Below, piece after piece: positions 28,831-40,351 of a stretch of 64,000 nt of DNA. Below the pieces are notes generated by a model, which did no database searches, had not been told where the DNA came from, and was given only the letters and a program-made list of their open reading frames with translations. Within the stretch, counting starts at the first letter, position 1. The number at the start of each line of letters is the position of its first letter. Position numbers and translations under genes: made by a program. The DNA comes from Utricularia gibba (Eukaryota > Plantae > Magnoliophyta): NCBI GenBank assembly GCA_002189035.1, contig NEEC01000008.1:434001-498000 (forward strand), written 5' to 3'.

Positions 28831-29831
28831 GTCTTACGAGCTAGGCATGAGGATCGAAACCGAGATTTATGAAAACGAACCGTAACCGAAACCGCAGTAA
28901 CTAGTCGTAGGTGCTTTCTAAGCACTCATATGAATCCTTATGGGTGTGTGGAAGTGAAATTTTTAATAAATATTAAATATTTAAAGAATTGATTTTTATT
29001 TTAAATAAAATTAATATATATATATGAAAAATTATTTTTTTCAACTATATTTCTAATAAATTATTTTTAGTTTAAATCTTTAATATTTTTGAGAAAATAT
29101 TTTTTTATTATTAAAAAGTGAATACATTTAAAGAATTTAGTCTTACAGTTTTACATAAAAATGAAACATAACAATGTTATATTAACATTATCTGTAAAAT
29201 AAGTAATTTGGTGAGATTTTAATATAATAATAAGAAATAAATAAATTTGATATAAGTTCAATATATAATAAATAATTTGGTATATGTTCAATGTATAATA
29301 TAATAAAAAATACATTAATTTCACTAAAATTAATAAATATTGTTATCGTCCATTTTGTAATTCGTATGATTGTTTTTTATGTTCAATTTTATAATTAATA
29401 GAAAAAACATGATTCCGTTGTTAAAAATTTGAAGCGATGCCTACGCATTAGAGGATTTCGTAGGATGTATAAAAAATGATACGAAATAATTTTCTAGTAA
29501 CGGTACCTACTAAATAAGTACTTTGGTAGGAGCTAGCCATAATAATACGAAATAATTCAATTTTACTGGAAAAAAAAAATATTGTTATCTCTTTTGTAAT
29601 TTGTATGTTTGCTTTTATGTTTAATTTTATAATTTTCGTAAAAAATGTCAATTAGTTATTAGAAAATTAAGCGATATTTGCAAAATAATTAGATTGTCAC
29701 GATTGAAATATAATACTACAAAATAAGTCAAATCTTTTGAAAAAAAAACACAACATTGTTAATGACTCTTTTCATTTTCTTCCCTTTCCTTTGGGTCTGC
29801 CTCTACCTTTTCCTTTATCTTTGCTTGTGCC

Positions 29832-32800
29832 TGTTGTTGCAAGAAAAATAGAGTCTTGGGAAGTAACAAAAAGGTAATGCTTATGAGATCACTTTGGATG
29901 AAAAACGACTCATGAACAATAAGAATGACCAAAAACCTAATTGACACACATTACTAGTAGGGTTTATATATACCCAATACCTAGGTTACCCAACAGTGGG
30001 CCACAATCATTGAAAACACACAAAAAGCCCAACAACTCGAATCCAACACTTCCATGCTAGAACTCAACACCTTTTTATCTGAAATATAACATTATGACAC
30101 AAGATTAGTGCTTTCAATCACCTTCAAGCTTTGGATTGAGGCTGATCTCCAACACTCCCCCCCAGACCGAGATCTCCCAACTTGAGAAAGTCTTCCATAG
30201 TCATGAGATTCATGTTCTTCCTTGCTAGCTCAAACTGAACTCTGTTCAAACCTTTGGTGAGCCCATCAGCAAACTGATTCCCACTCTCAACATACTGCAC
30301 TTTAATCTTCTTCTCCTTGATGTAATTCCTTATGACATGATACCTGATTCTTATGTGTTTGGCTTTGCTGAAGTTCGCCGGATCCTTGATAATGGAGATT
30401 GCAGCTTGATTATCCATAAGCAGATGTGCAGCTTCTTTTTGTATGAATCCAAGTTCGTTTAGCATCTGCCTCAACCAAACACAATAGTTCGAAGCATGTG
30501 CTGCTGAGATGTATTCTGCTTCAGCTGTTGATTGTGCTACCATTTTTGTTTCTTCGAAAACCAGACTATAGGGGTCTTATTTAAGAAGAAGAGTGCACCA
30601 GATGTACTCTTGCTATCTTCAGCCATACCATAATCACTATTTGAGTAGGCTCTAAGTTTCAAGATTGGTTTTTCACCTTCATAGGGATAGAACAATCCGA
30701 AATCAGTAGTAGATTTTATGTACCTGAAAGCTCTTTTCACAGCTGCCATGTGAGTTGTTGTTGGTTTGTTGAGGAAGCGAGATAAGACATTTACACAAAA
30801 ACACAAGTCAGGCCTTGTATGCTGGAGATAAATGAGGCTTCCAATCATACTTCTATAAGTAGTGGCATCCACATTCTTTCCCTGATTATTCTCTCCAATC
30901 ACCTGTTTGTAATCCAAAGGCGTTTTTGAAGGATTGACATCTTTGAACCCAAACCTTTCAAGAAGTTAAGAAGTTCATTACAGTACTTTTTCTGTGATAT
31001 GAATGTTCCAACACCTTCAAGTTGATGAATTTCCATGCCTAGATAGTAGGACATCATTCCAAGGTCAGTCATCTTGAATTCATTTTTGAGTAGAGCTTTG
31101 AATTCCTCAATCTTTCTTTCATTACCTGAGGTAATCATAAGATCATCCACATATAAGCTAATAAATAAACGATCATCTTCTTTTCCTTTAACATATAGTG
31201 AGTAATCACTATATGTTTTTCTGAAACCAATACCCTGGAGAAAGTTATCCATGCGTTCATTCCATGCTCTAGGAGCTTGCTTCAACCCATAGAGAGATTT
31301 CTTTAGCTTCAATACCTTGTCTTCATGACCTGACACTTCGAAGCCCTTTGGTTGTTCAACAAAAACAACCTCCTCCAACACACCATTCAAGAACGCAATC
31401 TTGACATCCATGTGATGCACTTTCCATCCATGAGCAGCTGAAATGGCAAGAAGTACTTTAATCGTGTCAAATCTTGCTACTGGTGCAAAAATCTCATGAA
31501 AATTTATTCCTTTGATCTGACTGTATCCCTTGGCTACTAATCTAGCCTTATATTTGTTGATAGAGCCATCTGCATTCATCTTGGTTTTGAATAACCACTT
31601 AAGGCCAATAGGTTTGAAACCCCTATCCTTGGGTTTATCAACTAACTCCCATGTTTCATTTTCAAGTATAAAATTCATCTCTTCCTTCATGGCCTCTCTC
31701 CATTTCGGATTTTGTACAGCCACTTCAAATGATGTTGGATCTCCTGTCAATAATCCAGCCAAAATATCAACTACAGCATCTTGGACATCATCATTCAACT
31801 TGGAGAAACTTATTGTTGGAGCCTTATTTCTATTGCTTCTTCTAATGTCAGTAACATGACTATCTTCATTATCTATTGAATCTCTGATGTTTTTGCGTTT
31901 CCTCCTTTGCCAATCATGATCAGATGGGTAATAATCTTCATCATCAGTATCAGGTTCCTCTCCATCAGATTCATCTGTTGATGAGTCTTCTGCATTCGTG
32001 CCTTGCTCCTCTTCTGGGATTTCGAAATTCCCATCTGAATGTTGATCATTGGCCTGATGAGATTGTCCATATAAGGGTTCAGAGTTTGATTCTGAATTCT
32101 CATTGGACAAGCCATCTTGATTTGTGACCATCTCCTCCTCTTGAGCTGGAAAATTCTCATCTGAATGCTGATCATTTACTTGATTTGAATTTTCATGAAC
32201 GAGTTCTGAAGTTTCTTGGTTTGTTGAATTCTTGGAAGAGAAGTTTTGAGGCATGTGTGTCCAGAGGTCTCCTTTAACATGGGTGCTATGCCTTCCAAGA
32301 CTTTTATGAGCTTCTCATCATTCAGAGCAATGCAATCATCAATTAAAGTATACCTTGCACCTTCATCAAAAGTGATATCATGGCTGAAGATAAATTTCTT
32401 CTGTTGAGGTAGATAAACATTATATCCCTTGGTAGTGTTGCTATAACCAACAAATACACCAGATACAGATTTCTTTTCAAGTTTTCCTCGTTTTTGGTCT
32501 AGTATATGAGTAAAACACAGACTACCAAAGATTTTGAGATGATCAACCTTTTTAATATTACCATGCCATTTTTCATGGGCGGTTTTTCCACTAATCGCCC
32601 TTGAGTCAAGCAAGTTCAATAGATATACAGATGTAGATACCGCTTCAGCCCAGAAATTTACAGGAAGATCTTTCTCAAACAATAGGCATCTTGACATATC
32701 AAGGATTGTTCTGTTTCTCCTTTCACATATACCATTCTGTTGTGGAGAATATGGTACGGTGAATTGATACATGATTCCCTCATTTTCATAGAACATTCTC

Positions 32801-35215
32801 ATGCTATTATTGTAGAATTCGCCTCCATTGTCTGATCTAATCATCTTCAAAGAGCATCCACTCTGATTCTCAATCATCACTTTGAATTTTCGAAAGATAT
32901 GAGGAACTTCTGACTTGCTTTTAAGAAAGTAAACCCAACAATAACGTGAATAATCATCAATGAATGTAACAAAATATTTACTCCCCCTAATGAACATTCC
33001 TTAAATGTTCCACAAACATCTGTATGCACAAGCTCTAATTTCTCCTTTGCTACTGAATCACTGGAATAAAAGGGCTTTCTACACTGTTTACCTTGATGGC
33101 ACACTTCACATATGGCATTAGCAAACTTGATGTCTTTCAATTCCTGTACTTCCTTATTCTTCTGCAATATTTTCAGATTGTTGAAGCTATAGTGCCCAAA
33201 ACGTTTGTGCCAAAGGCTTCTTTGATCCTGAAGTGAGAAAATACAACTTTTATGATCACTGACCATGATTTGGTAGAGGTTGTAGGTGGTCAACACAGCA
33301 TGGAATCAATCTTCGTTTTTGGATCAGCAACCTTAACTTTAGTGGTTATACCACCAGCGTCCTTCATCAGCTCAATGTCAAAACCTTCCCTGCTCAATTG
33401 GCCAAAGCTCAACAGGTTCTTTTTGAGGTTTGGTGAATAATAAGCATTATCAACTTGAACAATTCCTTCTTTTAGCAAGAGTAAAATGCTTCCTTTTCCC
33501 ACAATGCCAATATTTTCACCAGTGCACGTGCTTACCTCCTTCCCAATCTTTTCAAGCTTGAGAAATGACCTTGTATCACAACATACATGATAGGAGGCGC
33601 CAGAGTCCAAGTACCAGCCTTTAGCATCTGAGGCTACTATCATTAGAGCACACTCATACTCAAAAGGATCTTCAAAAGATATTTCTGGCTCATCTTCAAA
33701 GTAGGTAAAGGATGCATGTGATTTCTCTTCCCTGGAAGTAGCCTTCTTGTTATGCTCAACTTTTATTGGATTTGACATTCCACATACCTTGTCAAGATGG
33801 CCTCTTAGATTGCATTTCGTGCACAAAAGATCAGGTTTCCACCAACAAAACTCACTCCTGTGATTCTGTTTGTTACAATGCTTGCAAGCATTTGTGCTTA
33901 AAGTCCAACAATCTTCACTCTTATGGTTGGATTTGTCACAATGCCTGCACTTCTGATTGCCCATCGTTGATGTCGGGATTGACGTTGGTAATTGTTTGAT
34001 GGCTGTTGACTTGACATCCTTCACATTGTTAATTGCACCTGAGTTCATATTCATATTCTGCATTTTGGTGAGGAGAGCAGTTTCACCATAAGTTTTCTCA
34101 ACTTCATAACCATCTCTTAGCTCCAATCTCTTTTCTGTAGATTGCAACTCAATCATGAACTCTCTAAATGTTGGCTCTGGTGTAATAGGATATTCAGGAT
34201 ACAGCTGATGGAGCTTTCCTTCAATAATGTCAAGGATTTTTCTTTCTGTCTCAAGTGCACATAACTTTGGCTCGAATCTTGCAGGTAGGCTCATGATTGC
34301 CTTGCTAATCACCTTTTGATCCTCAAGTTTTTCCCCCAATCCTCGAATCTCCTTCACAAGCTTCGCAGTATGTTCATAATAGACTTTTATGGTTTCATTG
34401 TCTGACATTTTGTTCCTCTCAAAGTCCTCCAGCTTGTTTTTGCATAATATCTCTCTGAGTTTGGCATCGCCTTCATAATGGGATTTGAGAGTATCCCATA
34501 TTTCTTTTGCTGATAGACACTATGCAATATCATCAAATAGATGTTCAAAGATGGCTTGATACAAGGCATCCATTGCTTCATCTTTTCTCTGTTGAAGATA
34601 TTCAGCTTCCTCTTGCTGTTCTGATGTGGATTTGCTTGTTATTGTAATCACCGGAATCTCCCTTTCGACAACATCCCAAATCTTTCTGACCCGCAGGTAG
34701 CTGCGCATCTTTTTGACCCAGCTTCCATACTCTGAACCATCAAATATTGAAGGTCCTCTACCAGATGCCATCATAGCCACCGCTTGACAAGCTTTGGGTT
34801 GATACTTGGTAATCCACCAAGTAAAAAACGCTGAACGGTAAATAAAATACTGAAACGAACACAGGTTTGAGAACCTTACTGCTCTGATACCATGTTGTTG
34901 CAAGAAAAATAGAATCTTGGGAAGTAACAAAAAGGTAATGCTTATGAGATCACTTTGGATGAAAAACGACTCATGAACAATAAGAATGACCAAAAACCTA
35001 ATTGACACGCATTACTAGTAGGGTTTATATATACCCAATACCTAGGTTACCCAACAGTGGGCCACAATCATTGAAAACACACAAAAAGCCCAACAACTCG
35101 AATCCAACACTTCCATGCTAGAACTCAACACCTTTTTATCTGAAATATAATATTATGACACAAGATTAGTGCTTTCAATCACCTTCAAGCTTTGGATTGA
35201 GGCTGATCTCCAACA
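29832..35215 (-). mobile_element. Young full-length Ty1/copia LTR retrotransposon
   Basis: 323-bp LTRs at 29832-30154 and 34893-35215 with 3 differences. TSD GTGCC. PBS TGGTATCAGAGC (tRNA-iMet type, plus 34881-34892). PPT at 30155-30165. Confidence 0.98.
30124..34774 (-). pseudogene. Copia gag-pol polyprotein (gag, 3 zinc knuckles, protease, integrase, RT, RNase H)
   Basis: FDGSEYGSWVKKM (gag); WYLDSGASYH (protease); LWHKRFGH...CEVC, FIDDYSRYCWVYFLK, PQQNGICERRNRT (integrase); KARLVAKGYSQ, LYGLKQAPRAW, LYVDDL (RT); STAEAEY, KHIRIRYH (RNase H). One stop at 34520-34522 and five 1-bp frameshifts in homopolymer runs. Confidence 0.95.
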
Positions 35216-37565
35216 GTGCCCGCACTTGTAGAAGGTATGTCTCTTTGTTGAGCCATTGCTATAACATCGTTTTCATTCAATTGAGATTGCAATCTGTGAA
35301 GTTGTAATTCTTCCTCTAACACCTGTATTTTTTCATTCAGCTTCATTATTTCCAATTGAAAGTTGATAGATTTTTTTTGTCCAGCAATCAATTCATCGCC
35401 TTTCATCTTCAATTCAACCTTGTATACAGATTGTTGTGCTACCAAATCATCCATTCTGTTTTTGTTTTTCTAAATCTGAAACTTCAGATCTGTTATCTAA
35501 AGAAGAAAAAAAAACTAAATTAGAAAACATAAAAAAACAACTATCACATGTATTAGCAAAATAAGTTTCATTTTTATTACCCCATTTTCCATCCGTTGAA
35601 TGTGTTTATATTGGTTTAAAATGAGTTCTTTGTCATGTTTGGTGCAACCAAGAGCTTCTCATTAATATACACTTCAGCCTCCTCATGAATAGGCACTTCA
35701 TTCTCCCATCTCCATTTTCCTTTTCAGAATTCTCCTACATAAAATTTTTTTTATATTGCAAACCTTATTTATTTGAAGAGAAAATTAAAAATTTAAATAA
35801 TATTCCTACTTTATTTACATGTTGTTCATTGCTATATAAACAACAAGCAGATGACGATTTCGCCTTGATGTTTGTGCAGACCACCACTCAACGACACCAT
35901 GAATGTTTCGAAGTGCTGTCATAGTGTTAAATAAATAAGTAAAATAACATATTGGAAAAATAATGTACATTAACAAGACTTGCATCGAATTTGAGCAGAC
36001 TTCGAGATGATGTCTTCAGTCATATATCTTTTTGATTGCAAAAGACTTTTTAATGCATGTCTAGTTTCCTCATTCACATTGATTTTTTCAATACGAGAAT
36101 TTATAACATCATCCCCAGGATATGTCAATGGATAATGCCTTGAGATTTCAAAAGATATAGGTGGTACAATCCATAAAAGAAGTTTATCCCATCGTACCAC
36201 AGTTCTAGGTAGGTTTTGATAAAACCTAGTATTTGGTAATCCTTGAAAATACTATATTCCAGTAGGAGCTTTTTTTGGAAGAGATAGTGCAAAAAAATTT
36301 GACAAGTAGGTTCTACATATTCTTCTTCACACAAGTGTAAGAAGGCTAAGATAATATTATAGGAATATGGTGCTAAAAACCCAATAGGCAATCTCAAGTA
36401 GGTGAGCACATCAAGAGCAAAGGGATGAATAGGTAGTCTAAGACCAGCATCAAATGTTTTACGAGACACAAGCCAAGCATTGGAATGTTCATGAGGGGGA
36501 TTGGTGTCAAGAGGTGTGTTTTGCGGAGCAGGAATTGTCAACCAATCGGTTGGGATGAAATATTTAACACGAAATCTATCCATTCCCTAATCAATAAAGG
36601 ATACATAATAAGAATAAAATTCTAAAAATAAGGAAATGGAAAATAGCAAAACAAACATGATATTAACGATGAAAAACGCATCTAAACCCAACTAAATACA
36701 TAATTATATGAAAAGACAATTTTTAATAACTAAACCCAACTTAATATATAACGCATACTGCAGCAACAAATGCATAGAATACATTTCACAAAAATAATGT
36801 AAGTTGCAACAAAAAGATTACCCGATTTTAAGCCAACGAATTCTGGGTTTTCAGGAGCACGACAACACTGATAAGAAGAGCCTTTGTATGCAGCAAAAGG
36901 TGATGTAAACGAGGTAGGGTTCTACACTTAGATAGTGGACGCCAACTTTTTCAGAAAAGCATATTGCATAAAATAATTCACATCCATATATAGTCTAAAT
37001 CAATTGTTTAAAATAATTAAAAAAAATTGCGCCACCTACAAAATACTCATTGTTTGATGTGCCGTCCCAAATTTCAAATTTTCAGTATTTTAAAAATGAT
37101 AAACGAAAAAGGTTATGGATATATTTCATCGAAACCTACGCATTACGTGTGTTTGTATGTACCTTCTCAAAATCCAACTATTCTTACATTTTTTTAAAAA
37201 ATGAGGAGAATTTATTATACATTTAATTGTCCTAAACCCTTAATTAAACTACACATTTAAAATTTTAGTAGTTTTTGTTCATAGTAATGAAATTTATCAT
37301 CACCAATATTGTAACGTTAAAAATAATAAAAACCACATTTCTTTGCAAATATATGTTCAATATTTTTTTATAAAGCATCATAATATTTGACATTTAAATT
37401 AGAGAACAAGATATATTAGTGTCTAATGTAAATGTGGATGATTATTTATAAACTTTAATGTCATTATATTCCATTGAATTATACAATTGTAATTTTAGAT
37501 TTTTGATATATAACCAATTTAATAACCAAGTGTATGCAAGAGTATACTAGCAAAAAATGACTTAC

Positions 37566-39181
37566 CGGATTTTTCATTGATTTGTGAGGTGAATCATCAA
37601 TTAATAAGGTATTGTGACGGTCATATCTTGTGTTCAATCCATTGTTGACAGCCCATACACGATTCAACTCCTTCATGCAAACCGTGTTGCTAGGATTGTT
37701 GTGAACACGTACGCCGGTGTCCGTCGTCATGGTTTGGTCCCACATGAAAATGAGTTTGTCGAATAAGGAAGGTGGAAAGACTCATTTAGTGATTGCTTGT
37801 AGTTGCTCCCTACAAAATAAATCACTTGCAAGTGTTTGCACCAATTATAAATACCAACAAAAAAAAAAAGATGCAGCACACATACCCCCACGGGCATGTG
37901 GATGTAGAAAAACTACATAATTTGCACTAAAAATTACCTATGATATCTCAAAAATCATTAATGCACATAACACACAAATATAGGTATTGTTTTAACGTAC
38001 CTGATCGGCCATATATGATTTTATCTGGAGGGATTCGTGACCTTGATGCTCCAACCCTATAAACGATGTTTGTTAGCACACCATTTATATCCAAGATAAT
38101 CAGCTTTCGTTGAGGCTCAGAGGCACTAAAAGGAGGTCCGGTATATGCCCAACGACTCTCATACCAATCCAACTTGTTGCGAAGCTCTTCATTCTCCTTT
38201 GTTATAAATTCAAGTCTGTCATCGACATCATCGAGACCATGTGTGATCTCGTCCCCTTCAACATCATTCCCATCTTGTGTCCTCTCATTCCTAGACAAAT
38301 CTTCATTCTTTTGGGAGACTCTATGATTTTTCAACACACCACACCAATAGCGTTTTGTCCCCAGTGCATCCACAAATGGTGGTAAAATGTCAACAAAACT
38401 CATTTGCATACTTGAGAAGAGGAAAATAAGATCTTGTATATCCCTCTTGGATAAGGTATCAAATCCTACAATAAAAGTAAATTTATTAACAATATATTCA
38501 ACAAAAATATTGAATAAGAATATTCAACATGATAAGTGTAAAAATATTCGAAAAGGGTATTGAATAAAAATATTCAATCACAATAGTTTAAATAAGAGTA
38601 GATTAAAAAAAACACTCAATCATAATACTTTTAATAAAAACATTCAATACAAACATTCATATTTCTTCTAATAATACAAAGCAAGATTTACCTTTCGCCT
38701 TGCCTACTTCGCTCGAATTAGTATAAATTTGAGGAAATTTGGTTTCCTTTGGAGGACATATCCAAACAAAACTTGTCCACCATTATTCAAATCCTCTTCT
38801 CACATCCTTTACTAGCACCAACCCTTTTTTCCCCTTTAGGGTGTAGTGGTTCTTGTTTAGAGTCCTAGAGCATATACTCATAGCAAAAAAATAGCGAAGT
38901 TCCACCTCAAGATATAACTCCTCACAAATACTAACAAAGGCCAACACATATGAGATAGATCTTGGAGTCAAATGAATCTCTAAACATTCTAATATTTCTT
39001 CTAAAAAGGGCAATAATGGTAACCGCAAACTACAACGAAAATGTTCCGTGCTTAAGGCAAATCCCACTGGACCCACACGGTTTGGAATTTCATTCTCAAT
39101 CAACTCATCCGGTTCTTTGTCCCAAATCTCATCTTCATCCGGTATCAAGAATCTAGTTCTCAATTTTTCAGAAGTGTGCAT
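37566..39181 (-). pseudogene. Reconstructed multi-exon gene: TRP28-like domain fused to an FCP1/NIF-type HAD phosphatase domain
   Basis: Exons 39181-38692, 38465-38001 and 37912-37566, all GT-AG with consistent phase. TRP28 motifs RTRFLIP, SLRLPLLPFL, LTPRSI, WWTSFVWICPP. HAD motifs RKLIILDINGVL, KLIFMWDQ, KELNRVW, YDRHNTLLIDDSPHKSMKNP followed by a GTAAG donor. One stop at 38783-38785 and two in the last exon. The expected final exon was not found. Confidence 0.75.
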
Positions 39182-39859
39182 CTACAAAGATCCATAGGAA
39201 TTGTATAAAAATTCAAACTACAATAATTCGACAAGGTACTACAAATTGGAACATAGATCAGCAACCCATGGTGGAAAATAAATAACTTACCTTGTTTAAT
39301 TTACAGAACACTCCAAGTAGGTGATGGGACTGTGGGGGCGTCCAGTCGCTTTCGACTGGGGGAGGGGGAAAGAGGTAAGAAAATTTTTTTACCAGATGGG
39401 TGGGGATTAACGTGGGGAGTGGGTAAAGTGGGGAGTGGGGTGGTGATGTGCAGCGCTGTGTATGAGTGCGTGGGGATTTGGTTTAATACACCAAATCATA
39501 AGCTAATGATTACGCGCAATGATATCCCTACTTTCGTAGGTTGTCGGTAATAGCTTCCGTTGTTTTTAGACAAGGTGTGTGCCGCTTGTTTGAATCGATG
39601 CGAACCCATCGTGTAATTAATACTCCAATTTTGAGGCACCCAGAATCACTAATGTGGGCGACTGGCACAAGAAATGCAAAATTAGGCACCTGTACCCGAA
39701 ATTTGGGGATTGCGCTATCTTTGAAAGTATTCTTAATTTTCATAAATATAAAAATTTGTTGGTGCATTAATTGGAATATAAAAATCTGAAAATAAAATGA
39801 TTTTATATATCCTAATTATTACAAATTAATTTCAATAAATAAAGAATATTCGTCTATTG

Positions 39860-40260
39860 CTTAGACCATTTTCCAGACACCCACATTGCCTCGTGTGGAT
39901 GTCTGGAAAGAGAGTCGAATATCCTTTCAAGGCACCTACAAGGCCTTGTGTGGGTGTCTAGAAAGAGTGGGTAAGGCCATTTCTAGGTACCTACAACTGT
40001 TATATGGGTGCCTGGAAAGGAGTATTTGAGACAGTTTTCCAAACACCCTCTTCCCTCATGTTGGTGCCTCGGGAGGGTGTACAGGAAAGAGAGTTGGACG
40101 GCACCTACAAAATAATGTATTGTGTGGGTGTCTGGGAAGAGTGATTTCCAGGCACCCATGTCTGTTATATGGGTGCTTGGGAAGGATTATTTGAGACAGT
40201 TTTTCAGACACCCTCTTCCCTCATGTAGGTGCCTCGGGAGGATGTTTGCGAGTCTGCGAC
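39860..40260. repeat. Array of palindromic TTCCAG(G/A)CACCCA ... TGGGTG(C/T)CTGGAA modules
   Basis: At least six alternating forward and reverse copies, plus a larger internal duplication (about 39995-40075 vs 40165-40245). Related modules at 28916-28954 and 43601-43730. Confidence 0.8.
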
Positions 40261-40351
40261 CGAATTCTAGCACCCACTTTTAATTAAAAACATGAATACA
40301 ACATTTTCTTACAAAGTAATATTATTTCATGGAGCACTAAATGTTTCCAAA

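Larger units (their letters stand above)
29772..36583 (-). pseudogene. Reconstructed multi-exon gene: TRP28 (Transposase_28-like) domain, coiled coil and C-terminal AT-hook; split by the copia insertion
   Basis: ATG at 36583 follows an acceptor (TTAG|GGAATG). RVKYFIP, AGLRLPIHPF, LAPYS and LPRTVVRWDKLLLWIVPP resemble TRP28. Candidate exons near 35900-35820, 35735-35581 and 35496-35216. Joining across the TSD gives ...QRDIPSTSAGTSKDKGKGRGRPKGKGRK* (stop 29772-29774). The middle exons are less certain. Confidence 0.65.

Noticed and set aside
35970-39181. Labelling the TRP28-like ORFs as true transposases
   Set aside because: The Pfam name is historical. No DDE motifs are visible, and the recognisable transposase is the hAT ORF at 40352-42427.
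29300-39800. CACTA element suggested by CCTAC...GTAGG subterminal-like hairpins
   Set aside because: I found no CACTA/TAGTG termini with a 3-bp TSD and no TnpA/TnpD ORF. Kept only as an alternative in the composite-element finding.
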